Assembly (NCBI GenBank): GCA_963760875.1
Contig: CAVXEH010000014.1
Location: 216,538 to 280,537 of the forward strand
Origin: an uncultured Chloroflexia bacterium
Lineage (GTDB): Bacteria > Chloroflexota > Limnocylindria > QHBO01
Length of the DNA: 64,000 bases
Direction of reading: 5' to 3'
The notes beneath the pieces are model-generated. The model was given only the letters and a program-made list of their open reading frames with translations. It was not told the DNA's origin and did not search any database. The position numbers and the translations under genes are program-made. Each line of letters begins with the position of its first letter. Position 1 is the first letter of the stretch. Positions 45,343-55,535 of the stretch are shown piece after piece.

Positions 45343-46047
45343 ATGCGAGTGTTCGTGGCGGGGGCGACCGGTGTCGTGGGACGGCAGCTCGTCCCCATGC
45401 TCGTGGCCGCCGGGCATGACGTCACCGGAACCACCCGACACGCCACCCGGACCGACGCCCTTGCGCAGGCCGGCGCGACCCCGGTCGTCGTTGAGGCCAC
45501 CGACCGCGCTGCCCTGGCCCGCGCCGTCACCGAGGCCCGACCCGAGGTCGTCATCCACCAGCTCACCGACCTGGCGGCCGCCACCGCCGCCGGATACACA
45601 CCAGCCGTGCTGGCCGCCAACGCCGCCCTGCGGAGGAGTGCCACGGCCAGGCTCATCGACGCGGCCGAGAGAGCGGGCGCCCGCAGGATCGTGGCGCAGA
45701 GTGGCGCCTGGCTGTACGCGGCCGGGCCGGAGCCGCACATCGAGGACGATCCGCTGGGCGCGGCCGACGAGGGCGGTCGCATCACCCTGGGCGGAATCCT
45801 GGCCCTGGAGAGCGCCGTGCTCGGATCGTCCAGGCTGGAGGGCGTCGTCCTCCGCTACGGGCTCCTGTACGGGCCGGGCACCGGCAGCGATACGGCGGCG
45901 TCGCCATCGGTCGGGGTGGTGGCTGCGGCCAGAGCCGCCGCGCTCGCGGTGGACCATGGCAGGCCGGGCGTCTTCAACGTGGTGGACGATGGCGGTCCCG
46001 TCTCGAACGCGAAGGCGCGCGACGAGCTCGGCTGGACCCCGGACTAG
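45343..46047 (+). CDS. NAD(P)-binding NmrA/SDR-like oxidoreductase or epimerase.
   Basis: Rossmann motif MRVFVAGATGVVGRQLV. Start refined from ORF 45202. Confidence 0.7.
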   Translation: MRVFVAGATGVVGRQLVPMLVAAGHDVTGTTRHATRTDALAQAGATPVVVEATDRAALARAVTEARPEVVIHQLTDLAAATAAGYTPAVLAANAALRRSATARLIDAAERAGARRIVAQSGAWLYAAGPEPHIEDDPLGAADEGGRITLGGILALESAVLGSSRLEGVVLRYGLLYGPGTGSDTAASPSVGVVAAARAAALAVDHGRPGVFNVVDDGGPVSNAKARDELGWTPD

Positions 46048-46091
46048 CCGGGGGATCGCTGGCGACCCGCGGTGATGGATACTGCGAACCG

Positions 46092-46736
46092 ATGTCCACG
46101 ACGCACGCGTCCCACCGCCGCCAGCCCGATCTCACCCCGTTCGACGGCGAAGCCCTGCAGGAGCACCACGACTACGACGGCGTCCGCTTCGCCGATCTCG
46201 ACCTGTCCGCGCAGGACGGCCGCGATGCGCGCTTTGTCGAGTGCCGGTTCGAACAATGCAACCTGGACGGGGCGCAGCTCGCCAGGGTTCGGCTGCTGGA
46301 CACGGCCCTGGTCGAGGTCCACGGGGCGAGCCTGGACCTGGCCGATTCCACCTGGCGCGGCACCACCCTCGAGGATGCCCGCCTGGGGGCGGTGATCCTG
46401 ACCGGCGCCAGCTGGACCGATGTCACGCTGCGCGGCTCCAAGCTGGGCTTCGTCAACCTGGCCGATGCGCACCTCGACGAGGTCACCTTCACCGGCTGCG
46501 AGATCGGCACCCTCGACCTCCGCCTCGCCCGGGCAACCACCGTCTCGTTCGCCGACTGCACCATCGACGAGCTCAACGTCTCCGGCGCCACCCTGGCCGA
46601 TGTCGACCTGTCCGGCGCCCGGCTCCGCTCCCTGGTGGGCGTCGAGAGCCTGCGCGGCGCGATCGTGGGACGTGACCAGCTGAACGACCTCGCCCCGCTG
46701 CTCGCCTCGCAGCTGGGCATCGAGGTCCGCGACTGA
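46092..46736 (+). CDS. Pentapeptide repeat protein.
   Basis: Consecutive A(D/N)LxX pentapeptides (ADLDLSAQDG...ARLLDTALVEVHGASLDLADS...). Confidence 0.75.
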   Translation: MSTTHASHRRQPDLTPFDGEALQEHHDYDGVRFADLDLSAQDGRDARFVECRFEQCNLDGAQLARVRLLDTALVEVHGASLDLADSTWRGTTLEDARLGAVILTGASWTDVTLRGSKLGFVNLADAHLDEVTFTGCEIGTLDLRLARATTVSFADCTIDELNVSGATLADVDLSGARLRSLVGVESLRGAIVGRDQLNDLAPLLASQLGIEVRD

Positions 46737-46751
46737 TCGGGACGCGGCAGG

Positions 46752-48704
46752 CTACATCGGCTCGACAGTGCCCACGTGGTAGGGCACGTCCACGACCACG
46801 GTGCGCGGCCGGAAGAAGAGCCGGAGCTTGAGGCGCAACGCCGTCTGGTTGTGCAGCGGGTACTCCCAGGCGTGCCGCGGCACGAACTCGGGGAGGACCA
46901 CGGTGGTGGTGACATCGGGCTCGAGCGCCTCGGTGGCGTCCAGGTAGGCCAGCAGCGGCGCGACCAACGCCCGGTACGGGGACTCCAGGATGACGAGGCG
47001 CACCGGTCCGCCCCAGGCTTCCCAGCGCTCCTGCATGCGCGCCAGCTCCTCGCGATCGTCCGCGACGTGGACCGCGGTCACCTCGTCCGACAGGGACCGG
47101 GCATAGGCCAGTGCCTCGAGCGCGGGCCGGTCCATGCGACTGATGGGCACCACCACCCTCGTCCGGCGCACCGGCAGGACGCCTGCGGTCCAGCGCGTAG
47201 CCAGCTCGTGCTCCAGGCCGGCGTAGTGCCGGCCGATGGCCCACATGAGGCCGATGAGCAGCGGGATGAGGATGAGGATGATCCAGGCGCCCAGCGCGAA
47301 CTTGGCGACCCCCACGATGACCGCGACCATGCCGGTCGCGACGGCGCCCGCTCCGTTCAGGGCGGCGCGCCAGCGCCAGCCACGCTGCTCCTCGCGCAGC
47401 CGCCACCAGTGGCGCACCATGCCCGACTGGCTCAGGGTGAACGCCACGAAGACGCCCACCGTGTAGAGCGGGATCAGGTTGGTCACGCTGCCGCCGAACG
47501 CCACGATCAGGACGCAGGCCAGCACCGACAGGACCACGATGCCCACGCTGAACGCCAGGCGGTCGCCGCGGAACGCGAACTGGCGCGGCATCCACTCGTC
47601 GCGGGCCAGGATGCTCGACAGGCGCGGGAAGTCGGCGAATGCGGTGTTGGCGGCAAGGACCAGGAGCAGCGCCGTCGATACCTGGATGAGGTAGTGATAC
47701 GGCGTGCCCGCCCCCACCAGCGTCCGCGTGATCTGGCTGATCACCGTCTCCTGCTCGGTGGGGTCGGGCAGGACGCCCATCTGCCCCGCCAGGAAGCTGA
47801 TCCCCAGGAAGATGGTCCCGAAGAACAGGCCCATCATGACCAGCACGCTGCCGGCATGCCGTGACTCCGGCGGCGAAAAGGCCGGGACCCCGTTGGCCAC
47901 CGCCTCCGTGCCGGTGAGGGCCACGGACCCCGAGGCAAAGGCCCGCAGGATGAGGAGCAGGCTCAGCCCTTCCACGGCCCCCTGGGCGCCCAGCGCGCCG
48001 GTGGGTGGCACGTAGTGCGGCAGCGTCCCGGTCGCAAACCGGAACAACCCGAACGCCAGAAGGCCGTAGATGGCGAGCAGGTAGACGTAGGTGGGGATGG
48101 CGAAGATGTTCGCGCTCTCGCGAATCCCGCGCAGGTTGCCCAGGCACAGCGCAACCACGAAGGCCACCCCAATGGCCACCCGCAGGTCGAACAGCCCCGG
48201 AACGATCGACGTCAGGGCGGCCACCCCGGCCGCGATGGACACCGCCACGGTGAGGACGTAGTCGGTCAGCAGCGCGGCGGCGGCCACCAGCCCCGGGAGG
48301 CGACCAAGGTTGTCGTTGGCGACGATGTACGAGCCGCCTCCGGACGGATAGGCCCGGATCGTCTGCTGGTAGCTGGTCACCACGATGGCAAGCACCGCCA
48401 CGATGGCGATGGTCAGGGGCAGCGTCAGCGCCAGGGCCCCCACCCCGGCGGCGACCATCACCCGCATGATCTCCTCGGAGGCATAGGCCGATGACGAGAT
48501 GTTGTCGGAGGCGAAGACGGCCAGGCCCTTGACGGGGCCGATGCGCTCGTGGATCTCGTGCGCGGAGGCGATGCGCCGCCCGATGAGGACGCGGCGCAGC
48601 CGATCGACGATCCGACCGGACACAGTGACGGGTCGCAGGACGCCCTCGGACGCCACCAGGTGACCGGGGCCGTCACGCCGGAACACCGCAGCGAACGGCT
48701 CCAT
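46752..48704 (-). CDS. APC-superfamily amino acid permease with a C-terminal cytoplasmic domain.
   Basis: Twelve TM helices. GSYIVANDNLG. C-terminal about 150-aa soluble domain. Start refined to MEPFAAV. Confidence 0.7.
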   Translation of the reverse strand: MEPFAAVFRRDGPGHLVASEGVLRPVTVSGRIVDRLRRVLIGRRIASAHEIHERIGPVKGLAVFASDNISSSAYASEEIMRVMVAAGVGALALTLPLTIAIVAVLAIVVTSYQQTIRAYPSGGGSYIVANDNLGRLPGLVAAAALLTDYVLTVAVSIAAGVAALTSIVPGLFDLRVAIGVAFVVALCLGNLRGIRESANIFAIPTYVYLLAIYGLLAFGLFRFATGTLPHYVPPTGALGAQGAVEGLSLLLILRAFASGSVALTGTEAVANGVPAFSPPESRHAGSVLVMMGLFFGTIFLGISFLAGQMGVLPDPTEQETVISQITRTLVGAGTPYHYLIQVSTALLLVLAANTAFADFPRLSSILARDEWMPRQFAFRGDRLAFSVGIVVLSVLACVLIVAFGGSVTNLIPLYTVGVFVAFTLSQSGMVRHWWRLREEQRGWRWRAALNGAGAVATGMVAVIVGVAKFALGAWIILILIPLLIGLMWAIGRHYAGLEHELATRWTAGVLPVRRTRVVVPISRMDRPALEALAYARSLSDEVTAVHVADDREELARMQERWEAWGGPVRLVILESPYRALVAPLLAYLDATEALEPDVTTTVVLPEFVPRHAWEYPLHNQTALRLKLRLFFRPRTVVVDVPYHVGTVEPM

Positions 48705-48806
48705 GACGCTCACGTACCGATCCCCCGGCCGTGCGCCGCGCCGTGTCCGCAGCGCACGAAGCTCAGCGTTGGGAGGTGTCTCCTCCAGCTCGCCTCCCCG
48801 CACCGC

Positions 48807-49058
48807 TCACCCGATGGGTTCGACCACGATGTCCCATCGCGGCGAGGCAGGGCGCGCTCGAACGACAACGCCCTCGGCGCGGCCGAAGGCCTGGGCATCG
48901 GGGAGGATGCGCGCGGCGAACCCCAGTCCCACGTGCGTGACGCGACGGGCGCCGCCGGCCGCCACCAGGCTCACCGACGAGCAGACCAGGCGAAGCTCGC
49001 GCTCGGGTGAGGGCTGGGCGATGGACAGCGGCGACTCGTCGGCCGTGATCAGTGCCAT
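48807..49058 (-). CDS. Small hypothetical protein downstream of the two-component system.
   Basis: 83-aa ORF with moderate GC3. No motif. Confidence 0.25.
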   Translation of the reverse strand: MALITADESPLSIAQPSPERELRLVCSSVSLVAAGGARRVTHVGLGFAARILPDAQAFGRAEGVVVRARPASPRWDIVVEPIG

Positions 49059-49126
49059 GACCCGATCGTCGCCCGCGCTCCAAGAAGGAACCGGCCCGCG
49101 CCAGCCTGCGTCCGCTCAAGAAGCGA

Positions 49127-49840
49127 TCAAGATCCGTCCGGAGGCGCCTCCTCGCGCACGCGGTAACCCACGCCGGGCTCCGCCACGATCAACCGCGCTG
49201 CGGCGCCGGTCGGGTCGGCGGCCGCCAGCTTGCGACGGATGGATGCGACGTGCACGTGGAGGTAGTGCGCCTCCTCGGTGTACGGCTGGCCCCAGACCGC
49301 CCGCAGCAGGCCGCCGCGGGTCACGACCCGCCCGGCATGGCTGAGCAGGACCTTGAGCAGCTCGTACTCGCGCGGCGTGAGATGGACGGCGGCACCACTC
49401 ACGGTGGTCTCGCGACGCAGCGGATCCAGGCGGATGGGCCCAACCCGCAGAACGCCGCCCTCCTCGACGGCCGGGCTGGTGCTGCGGCGCAGGGCGACGC
49501 GCAGACGAGCGCCTAGCTCGGCCATCCCGATGGGCTTGGTGAGATAGTCATCGGCACCCAGGTCCAGCGCGTCCACCTTGCTGCGCTCCTGGTCCCGCGC
49601 GGACAGGACGATGATGGGTGTCTGGGCGTCGCGCCGGATGCGGCGAATCACGGAAAGCCCGTCGATGCCCGGCAGTCCCAGGTCCAGGAGGACGACATCG
49701 GGCCGGCGTGCCTCCCATTGGCGAAGGGCCTCCTCGCCATCGGCTGCCAGGCGCACGTCGTACCCGTGGCCGCGAAGGTTCGCCGCCACCAGGGATCGCG
49801 CCGGCCCGTCGTCCTCCACGAGCAGCACGCCGGCGCTCAT
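49127..49840 (-). CDS. OmpR-family response regulator (KdpE-like).
   Basis: Receiver VLLVEDDGPARSL...VVLLDLGLPGIDG. Winged helix. Confidence 0.85.
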   Translation of the reverse strand: MSAGVLLVEDDGPARSLVAANLRGHGYDVRLAADGEEALRQWEARRPDVVLLDLGLPGIDGLSVIRRIRRDAQTPIIVLSARDQERSKVDALDLGADDYLTKPIGMAELGARLRVALRRSTSPAVEEGGVLRVGPIRLDPLRRETTVSGAAVHLTPREYELLKVLLSHAGRVVTRGGLLRAVWGQPYTEEAHYLHVHVASIRRKLAAADPTGAAARLIVAEPGVGYRVREEAPPDGS

Positions 49841-51438
49841 GGTTCCGCGACCACCGGCTCGTCCGGGGCCGGGCCGAGCGCGGGATCCGTCACCGATGGC
49901 TCCGCGACGCGCAACCGCACCATCACCGCAAAACCCCCCAGCGGGCTCCGGGACGCCTCGACAGAGCCGCCCATCGCCTCGGCCAGCCCGCGCACCACGG
50001 CCAGCCCCAGCCCCGTCCCGCGCCGAGCGCCCCGATCCGCATCCGGCCCGCGGCGGAACTTGTCGAAGACCCGAGACAGGTCGCCCATCACGCCCGGCCC
50101 CGCGTCCTCCACGGTCAGCTCCAGGTGCTCGCCGGCAGCCCTGCCCAGGATCCGCACGTTGGCCCCGTCGGGGACGTAGCGGGCCACGTTCTCGAGGAGA
50201 TTGGTGAGGATCTGGTCCAGCATCAGGGGATCGGCCCAGACCGCGGGGAGGTCATCGGGCAGGTCCACCTCCAGGTGGTGGGAGCGCAGCGCTCCGGCCA
50301 GGCGCTCCACGACGGCCTCCACGATGGTCGCCACCGGTACGAGCTCCAGGTCCGCCGTCAGCGCACCGCTCTCGATCCGGCTCATGTCCAGCAGGTTCGT
50401 GACGAGCTGGTTAAGCCGGTCCGCCTCGCGGTCGATGGCCCTGCCCAGCTCGGCGCGATCCGCGTCGGTCACGGCCAGGTCGGGGTCCGCAAGATTGCCG
50501 GCAGCCGCCCGGATGGTTGCCAGCGGCGTTCGCAGATCGTGCGAAACGGAGTCCAGGAGCGCGGTCTTGGCACGGTCGCCGCGCCGGGCGATCTCCACCT
50601 CGGCTGCCGTGGCAGCCAGCTGTCGGCGGCGTACGGCCTGGGCAAGCTGGTCGGCGGCCGCGGCGAGCAGCCGCGATTCCTCGTCGTTCGGATCCGGGAG
50701 CCCTCGCGGACGCTCGGCCCAGAGCGTGCCGAAGGATTCGTCTCCCACCGCGAGGTCGACGCGGAAGAGCCGGGTCGTCTCGCGCTCCTCGGCCCCTGCG
50801 CGGTGCGGCTGGTGAATCCGCCGCCACACCACCTCTCCGCCGGCATCGTCTCGGCGGAGCAGCGCGGAGCTGCTCGCATCCGGACGCGGTGCGCTGGGCC
50901 GGCTGTCCGCGAGGAGCCGCTCGGGCGCGGAACCGGCGGCGGCCGTCACCCAGACGCGCTCCATCCGGGTGTCGCCCACCAGCCGGTCCACGATCGCTCC
51001 TGCCGCGCTCTCGAGGCGCTCTGCCGCAGTGATCGCCCGGCTGACGGCATACAGCGCGCGGGCCTCGCGCTCGCGCCGCGACGCCAGCTGCTCGCGGTCA
51101 CGCTGGCGCCCCGCCAGTCGACCAATGAGCGTGCCGATGACCAGGAACAGGATCAGGTTGAGGAACTGCTCGGGGTTCGCCACGCTGAACGTATAGAGCG
51201 GCTGGACGAATCCGAAGTTGTACACGAAGAAGGCAAGAACGGCGGTGGCGATCGCCGGTGTGGCACCCAACCGGATGGCGACGGCCGCCACGCCCAGGAG
51301 GTAGACGGCCGAGGCATCGGGCAGGTCCAGCCCATGCTCGAGCACGAACGCACCCAGCGTGCAGACGGCGAGCGCACTCGCGATCTCTCCCGCCTCCCGG
51401 GCCGCTCCCTGCCAGTCGACGACGCGCGGCATGTGCAC
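49837..51438 (-). CDS. Sensor histidine kinase with an N-terminal DUF4118 membrane domain (KdpD C-terminal-half type, lacking KdpD/Usp sensor domains).
   Basis: DUF4118-like TM block (VYLLGVAAVAIRLG...FFVYNFGFVQPLYTF...FLNLILFLVIG). GAF-like region. H-box SHDLRTPLATI. HATPase. Confidence 0.75.
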   Translation of the reverse strand: MHMPRVVDWQGAAREAGEIASALAVCTLGAFVLEHGLDLPDASAVYLLGVAAVAIRLGATPAIATAVLAFFVYNFGFVQPLYTFSVANPEQFLNLILFLVIGTLIGRLAGRQRDREQLASRREREARALYAVSRAITAAERLESAAGAIVDRLVGDTRMERVWVTAAAGSAPERLLADSRPSAPRPDASSSALLRRDDAGGEVVWRRIHQPHRAGAEERETTRLFRVDLAVGDESFGTLWAERPRGLPDPNDEESRLLAAAADQLAQAVRRRQLAATAAEVEIARRGDRAKTALLDSVSHDLRTPLATIRAAAGNLADPDLAVTDADRAELGRAIDREADRLNQLVTNLLDMSRIESGALTADLELVPVATIVEAVVERLAGALRSHHLEVDLPDDLPAVWADPLMLDQILTNLLENVARYVPDGANVRILGRAAGEHLELTVEDAGPGVMGDLSRVFDKFRRGPDADRGARRGTGLGLAVVRGLAEAMGGSVEASRSPLGGFAVMVRLRVAEPSVTDPALGPAPDEPVVAEP

Positions 51439-51473
51439 GGATCGTACGCCCGTCGGTGCGTCGCTACCCGCGA

Positions 51474-52223
51474 TCAGGATCCGTGGCGCCGGCGCCCGCC
51501 CGTCCCCGACGACTCGCGCAGCGCCAGCCCGCCCACGACGATCACGAGGGCAAGGGCCAGGGCGAGCGGGATCCAGGCCGGCCAGCCACCGCCCGTCCCT
51601 CCGAGCGACGAGGGCACCGTCACCAGCGCGAGCTCGCCCAGATGCCCGACCGAGCTCGAGAGGTACAGGTCCGAGAGGCCGGTGTGCGAGGTGGGCAGCT
51701 CAATCCAGCCCTCCGCCGTCCGCAGCACCATGACCGGCTGGCGCGTCCCAGCCGGAGCCCGCAGCACCACGGTCACCGTCGATCCTGCCGCGATGGGCAC
51801 CTCGTCTCCCTTCCCGTCGACGACGCGGACGCGGTACACGTTGCCCGCCAGGGCACGACCCGGCATCAGCTGGCCCGATGGCACCGCCTCGATGGTCACC
51901 CGCAGCGTGCGGGCCGCCCCCACGTCGAACGCCCCGGGCGCCGCCAGCAGCTGGGCCTGGGGCGGGCTTTCCGATGTGGCCGTGGCAAGCCCCGGGGAGA
52001 CGCCGCCCGCGACCTGCAGCGTATCGTCCGCATCTCCCGGATCGCCGGCCTGTCCGCCGCTGGGTTGCACGAAGCGATACGGCTCCTCGACCACAACCCC
52101 GTCGAGCAGCGGCGACAGCGGGGCGGGCGCGGCCACCTGGGCCAGGATCATGCCCGCCAGCCCGGCTGCCGCAACCAGTCCCGCGACCCGTGGCCGCCCA
52201 TGGCCCGGCCGGGCCCTAGTCAC
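51474..52223 (-). CDS. Secreted, C-terminally membrane-anchored protein, paralog 1.
   Basis: Signal peptide. FDGVVVEEPYRF...PPQAQL...LAGNVYRV...VLRAP. C-terminal TM. Confidence 0.55.
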   Translation of the reverse strand: MTRARPGHGRPRVAGLVAAAGLAGMILAQVAAPAPLSPLLDGVVVEEPYRFVQPSGGQAGDPGDADDTLQVAGGVSPGLATATSESPPQAQLLAAPGAFDVGAARTLRVTIEAVPSGQLMPGRALAGNVYRVRVVDGKGDEVPIAAGSTVTVVLRAPAGTRQPVMVLRTAEGWIELPTSHTGLSDLYLSSSVGHLGELALVTVPSSLGGTGGGWPAWIPLALALALVIVVGGLALRESSGTGGRRRHGS

Positions 52224-52977
52224 GGCGGTTCAGGGTCGCCGCCGCCGCAAGCAGCCCCAGCGCCAGCGCGCCGAGCACGACGGCCACGATGGCCAGGATG
52301 GGCGGGCCTCCACCTCCAGCCGGCACGGGGGTGGGCGTGGGCGCCGAGCTGCTGCCTGAGCTGAACCCGGCGCTCGCCACCGCCTGCTGGGTGATGACGG
52401 CAACGTCGCCAAGCGAGGTGACGTTGGCGGTGAACAGGTCCGGCAGTCCGCCGTTCTGGGTGGGCACCACCGTCCACTGGCCATTGGTGAGCTGGTAGAG
52501 GCTTCCGCTCGTGACCGCCGGGGGCGCCCGCAGGACGATGGTGGCGGTCGCGCCGGCCAGGAAGGTCACGGGGTTGCCGTCCTGGTCGGTCAGTGACATG
52601 TGGTAGACGTTCCCGGCCAGGATGCGCGGCGGAGCCGGGTTGGGAGGCGGAACCGGTGAGATCGTTGCGATGAGCGTGCTTGTCCCGCTGGGCAGGGAGA
52701 TGGCGCCCTGGTCCACGATCAGCTGGGCCTGCGGTGGCTGCTCGGTGGTGGCCGAATAGATGTTGGGGGCCGTACCGCCGTGGACGTCGAAACGGTCGGT
52801 CGCCGAGGTCGGGTCGCCATCGGCGCCGGACGGCGGGCTCAGGTAGCGGTAGGGATCCTCGACGACCACGCCGTCGAAGAGCGGCATCGGGCCGGGGCCA
52901 CCCACCAGGTGGACGGCAACCAGCATGAGCAGGGCCGCGCCCATGACCGTGCCGGCCCTGCCGCGCATCACAGCCAC
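52216..52977 (-). CDS. Secreted, C-terminally membrane-anchored protein, paralog 2.
   Basis: FDGVVVEDPYRY...PPQAQL...LAGNVYHM...VLRAP. C-terminal TM. About 35% identical to 51474..52223. Confidence 0.55.
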   Translation of the reverse strand: MAVMRGRAGTVMGAALLMLVAVHLVGGPGPMPLFDGVVVEDPYRYLSPPSGADGDPTSATDRFDVHGGTAPNIYSATTEQPPQAQLIVDQGAISLPSGTSTLIATISPVPPPNPAPPRILAGNVYHMSLTDQDGNPVTFLAGATATIVLRAPPAVTSGSLYQLTNGQWTVVPTQNGGLPDLFTANVTSLGDVAVITQQAVASAGFSSGSSSAPTPTPVPAGGGGPPILAIVAVVLGALALGLLAAAATLNRRD

Positions 52978-53558
52978 CAGGTCGCCAGGTCGGCCACGAC
53001 GTGCGCGGCCGCAGGCGCGGCGACGCTACCGGTCAGGAGCCGCAGCCCGGCGAGCCAGACGCCGACCGCCAGGTCGAGCGGGACCACGCCCCACCCGTAG
53101 AGCGGCACGTGGACCAGCGCGAATGCCATGCTGCTCGCGGCAACTGCCACCTGCCAGCCGCCCCACTCGGTCAGAACGTCCAGGAGGGAACCCCGGAAGG
53201 CGACTTCCTCCGCCGTCGCCACCAGCACCGTTACGGCCGCCCACCCCCAGAACGGTTGCGGCCGCATGCCAACGATGCTCCCGGCACCCGGGTGCAGGAC
53301 CAGCGGGACCGCGACCAGCAGCGCCCCGCCTGCGACGCCCACCCCGAGCGCCGCGAGCGATGGCCGGCCGAACCGCCATCCGGCCGCGCCGGCGACCGCC
53401 AGCAGCACGGCACCGAACAGCGCCCCGGCCGCGAACGCGCTGGGCACCGCGTGGCCGTTGAACGTGGCGCGTGCGACCGCGGCCAGGCCAATGGCTGCCG
53501 TGAGACCGGCGGCCCGGCCAGCCGCTGATGGTCGCCGAGCGATGGCGAGCACGGCCAT
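52968..53558 (-). CDS. CPBP family intramembrane metalloprotease (CAAX protease-like).
   Basis: EEVAFRG and FALVH motifs. Confidence 0.65.
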   Translation of the reverse strand: MAVLAIARRPSAAGRAAGLTAAIGLAAVARATFNGHAVPSAFAAGALFGAVLLAVAGAAGWRFGRPSLAALGVGVAGGALLVAVPLVLHPGAGSIVGMRPQPFWGWAAVTVLVATAEEVAFRGSLLDVLTEWGGWQVAVAASSMAFALVHVPLYGWGVVPLDLAVGVWLAGLRLLTGSVAAPAAAHVVADLATWWL

Positions 53559-53563
53559 GGACG

Positions 53564-54979
53564 TCAGTGTGCCAGCGGGACGAAGGCGATGGGCCCCGTG
53601 GCGTACGTGGCAGGCCACACGAACGTGTAGCTGCGCACGGCCTGCCACTGCCAGATGACCGCGGAGGCCAGGAGGTTCTGGCCCATGGTGGCCGGCGCCG
53701 ACGAGAAGCGCAGGCCCGCGCCGTTTGGCAGCGACCCGGCGGGCAGATCGACCGCGCGCGCCGCCTTGGCGATGGTCGCGGCGTCCGGTTCGCCCTGCCG
53801 CGCGGCCTTCGGCAGCACGTCATGGAACAACGCCCACCCTGCGGTGAACCCGCTCAGCGCCTCCTCGGTGGGTCCGGCACCGGCCGAGCCTTCCTCGACC
53901 GGCCCGGTGATCGTGTACCCGCCGCTGCCTCCGCCGGCACCGTAGCCACCGGTGTCGCCGGATCCGTAGGCGTCGCCGTAGCCCCCTCCCCAGCCACCGT
54001 CCTGCGCGGCCGAGGGCGCGGCCATGGGTGAGGGCGAGGCACCGGCCGCCCACGCTGCGGCCAGGCGCTCGTAGACGGCACGCGCCTGCCCCGAGAGCGC
54101 CGATGGCTGGAATCCACCCGTAGGGCGGTCGGACGCGAAAATGCCGATGGCGTCCGGTCCCAGCTCCCCGGCGAAATCGGGGTCGCACTCCGCCATGGTC
54201 GAGCCGATGAGCGCCGACACGTGGAGTCCGGCGGTCAGCATTGCCTGGCGAAACGCCACGCCATCGGGGATGTGCGAGGCGAGGATGATGACGTCGGGGC
54301 GTGCCGCCGCCAGCCGGCGCATGAGGGATGGCCAGTCCGGCAGGCTGAGGCTATACGACGTGCGCAGCACCACGGGCATGCCGGTCCGCTGCGCCGTGGC
54401 ATCGGCCGCATCGGCCACCGACGACGCGTAGGCGTCCTGCGCGTTCACGATGGCCAGCCGCACGTCCGAGGCCGCCGATCCCAGCCGCGGGGCCAGGGCC
54501 TGGGCAGCGAAGGCGGCGGAGTTGGTGCCCAGGTTGCTGCCGCTGGCGCCAACCCGGAAGACGAGCGGCAGGCCACGCCCGGTGAGCTGGTCTGCCACCG
54601 CGCCCGCCTCCCAGTACACGAGCCCCGCATCGTTGGCCGCGGTGCTCCCCGCGATCGAGAGATCCGATGAGTACGCGCCGATGACGGCCTGCACGCCGTC
54701 GGACTTCAGCGCCGCCATGACCGCCGGAGCGTCGGCGGCGCTCTCGAGGTCGCGCACGTCGAGCTCCACGCGGCGGCCGTCGATGCCGCCATCGGCGTTC
54801 ACCATGTCGGCCGCAATCTGCACGCCGCGCTGCTCCTGGCCGGCCAGGCCGGCCGCGTTCCCGGTGAGGGGGAAGACCGCGCCGATGCGGATGGGGGCCG
54901 GCGAGCGGGCGCGTCCCACGAGCTGCCAGCCACCGATGGCCGCGGCCGCGACCAGGAGGAGGGCGGCGGACACGACCAT
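53564..54979 (-). CDS. ABC transporter substrate-binding protein (type 1 periplasmic binding fold, Leu/Ile/Val-binding family) with a Gly/Tyr-rich insert.
   Basis: IRIGAVFPLTGNAAGLAGQEQRGVQIAADMVN...GVQAVIGAYSS. Insert GGWGGGYGDAYGSGDTGGYGAGGGSGGY. Confidence 0.7.
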   Translation of the reverse strand: MVVSAALLLVAAAAIGGWQLVGRARSPAPIRIGAVFPLTGNAAGLAGQEQRGVQIAADMVNADGGIDGRRVELDVRDLESAADAPAVMAALKSDGVQAVIGAYSSDLSIAGSTAANDAGLVYWEAGAVADQLTGRGLPLVFRVGASGSNLGTNSAAFAAQALAPRLGSAASDVRLAIVNAQDAYASSVADAADATAQRTGMPVVLRTSYSLSLPDWPSLMRRLAAARPDVIILASHIPDGVAFRQAMLTAGLHVSALIGSTMAECDPDFAGELGPDAIGIFASDRPTGGFQPSALSGQARAVYERLAAAWAAGASPSPMAAPSAAQDGGWGGGYGDAYGSGDTGGYGAGGGSGGYTITGPVEEGSAGAGPTEEALSGFTAGWALFHDVLPKAARQGEPDAATIAKAARAVDLPAGSLPNGAGLRFSSAPATMGQNLLASAVIWQWQAVRSYTFVWPATYATGPIAFVPLAH

Positions 54980-55052
54980 CGCGGTGCGTGCCGAACGGGC
55001 GGGACGGTGCGTGGGCTCAGGCGCGGCTGTGATCACTGCTGCGGACCTCGGG

Positions 55053-55535
55053 TCACTTGACGGTGAAGATGACGGTGTTGGTGACAACTCGCGGGTTGAA
55101 CGGGGCATGGTCGGAGGCGACGAACTCGGCACGGATGGCGTAGGTACCCGGCTTGACCGGCAGGTCCTGGCTCAGGGAGTAGTTCATGGAGACCAGGACG
55201 TTGTCCACGTACAGGTGGACGTGGCCCTCGTCCGGACGGAGGTTCGTGGTGGTGGCCTGCACGATCTTCGCGCCGGTGAGGCTGAACTCGATGTGGACGG
55301 TGTCACCGGTGACCTGCTGGTTCGGCGTGGGGCTGACGATGGTGAGCACGGCGGTCGAGGACGGTCGCGAGCCGCCGGAGGGGGACGGCTCCCCCGACGA
55401 CGGGACGGCCGAGCCGCCGTTGCCCGGACCGCATCCGGCCAGCAGGACAAGCAGGAGCGCCAAAGCGAGCGCGGCGGGTGACCAACGGCCGCCCACCCGG
55501 CGAGCGTCGAACGGTGCGTGCATGGGAATCCTCAC
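55053..55535 (-). CDS. Lipoprotein (Ig-like beta domain) in a copper-resistance cluster.
   Basis: Lipobox LLAGC. Immediately upstream, on the minus strand, of CopCD. Confidence 0.5.
   Translation of the reverse strand: MRIPMHAPFDARRVGGRWSPAALALALLLVLLAGCGPGNGGSAVPSSGEPSPSGGSRPSSTAVLTIVSPTPNQQVTGDTVHIEFSLTGAKIVQATTTNLRPDEGHVHLYVDNVLVSMNYSLSQDLPVKPGTYAIRAEFVASDHAPFNPRVVTNTVIFTVK

Noticed and set aside
49837-51438. Calling the histidine kinase KdpD, with kdpFABC nearby.
   Set aside because: It has the DUF4118/GAF/HK C-terminal half only. There is no KdpD N-terminal or Usp domain and no kdpABC genes in the window. It is annotated generically.
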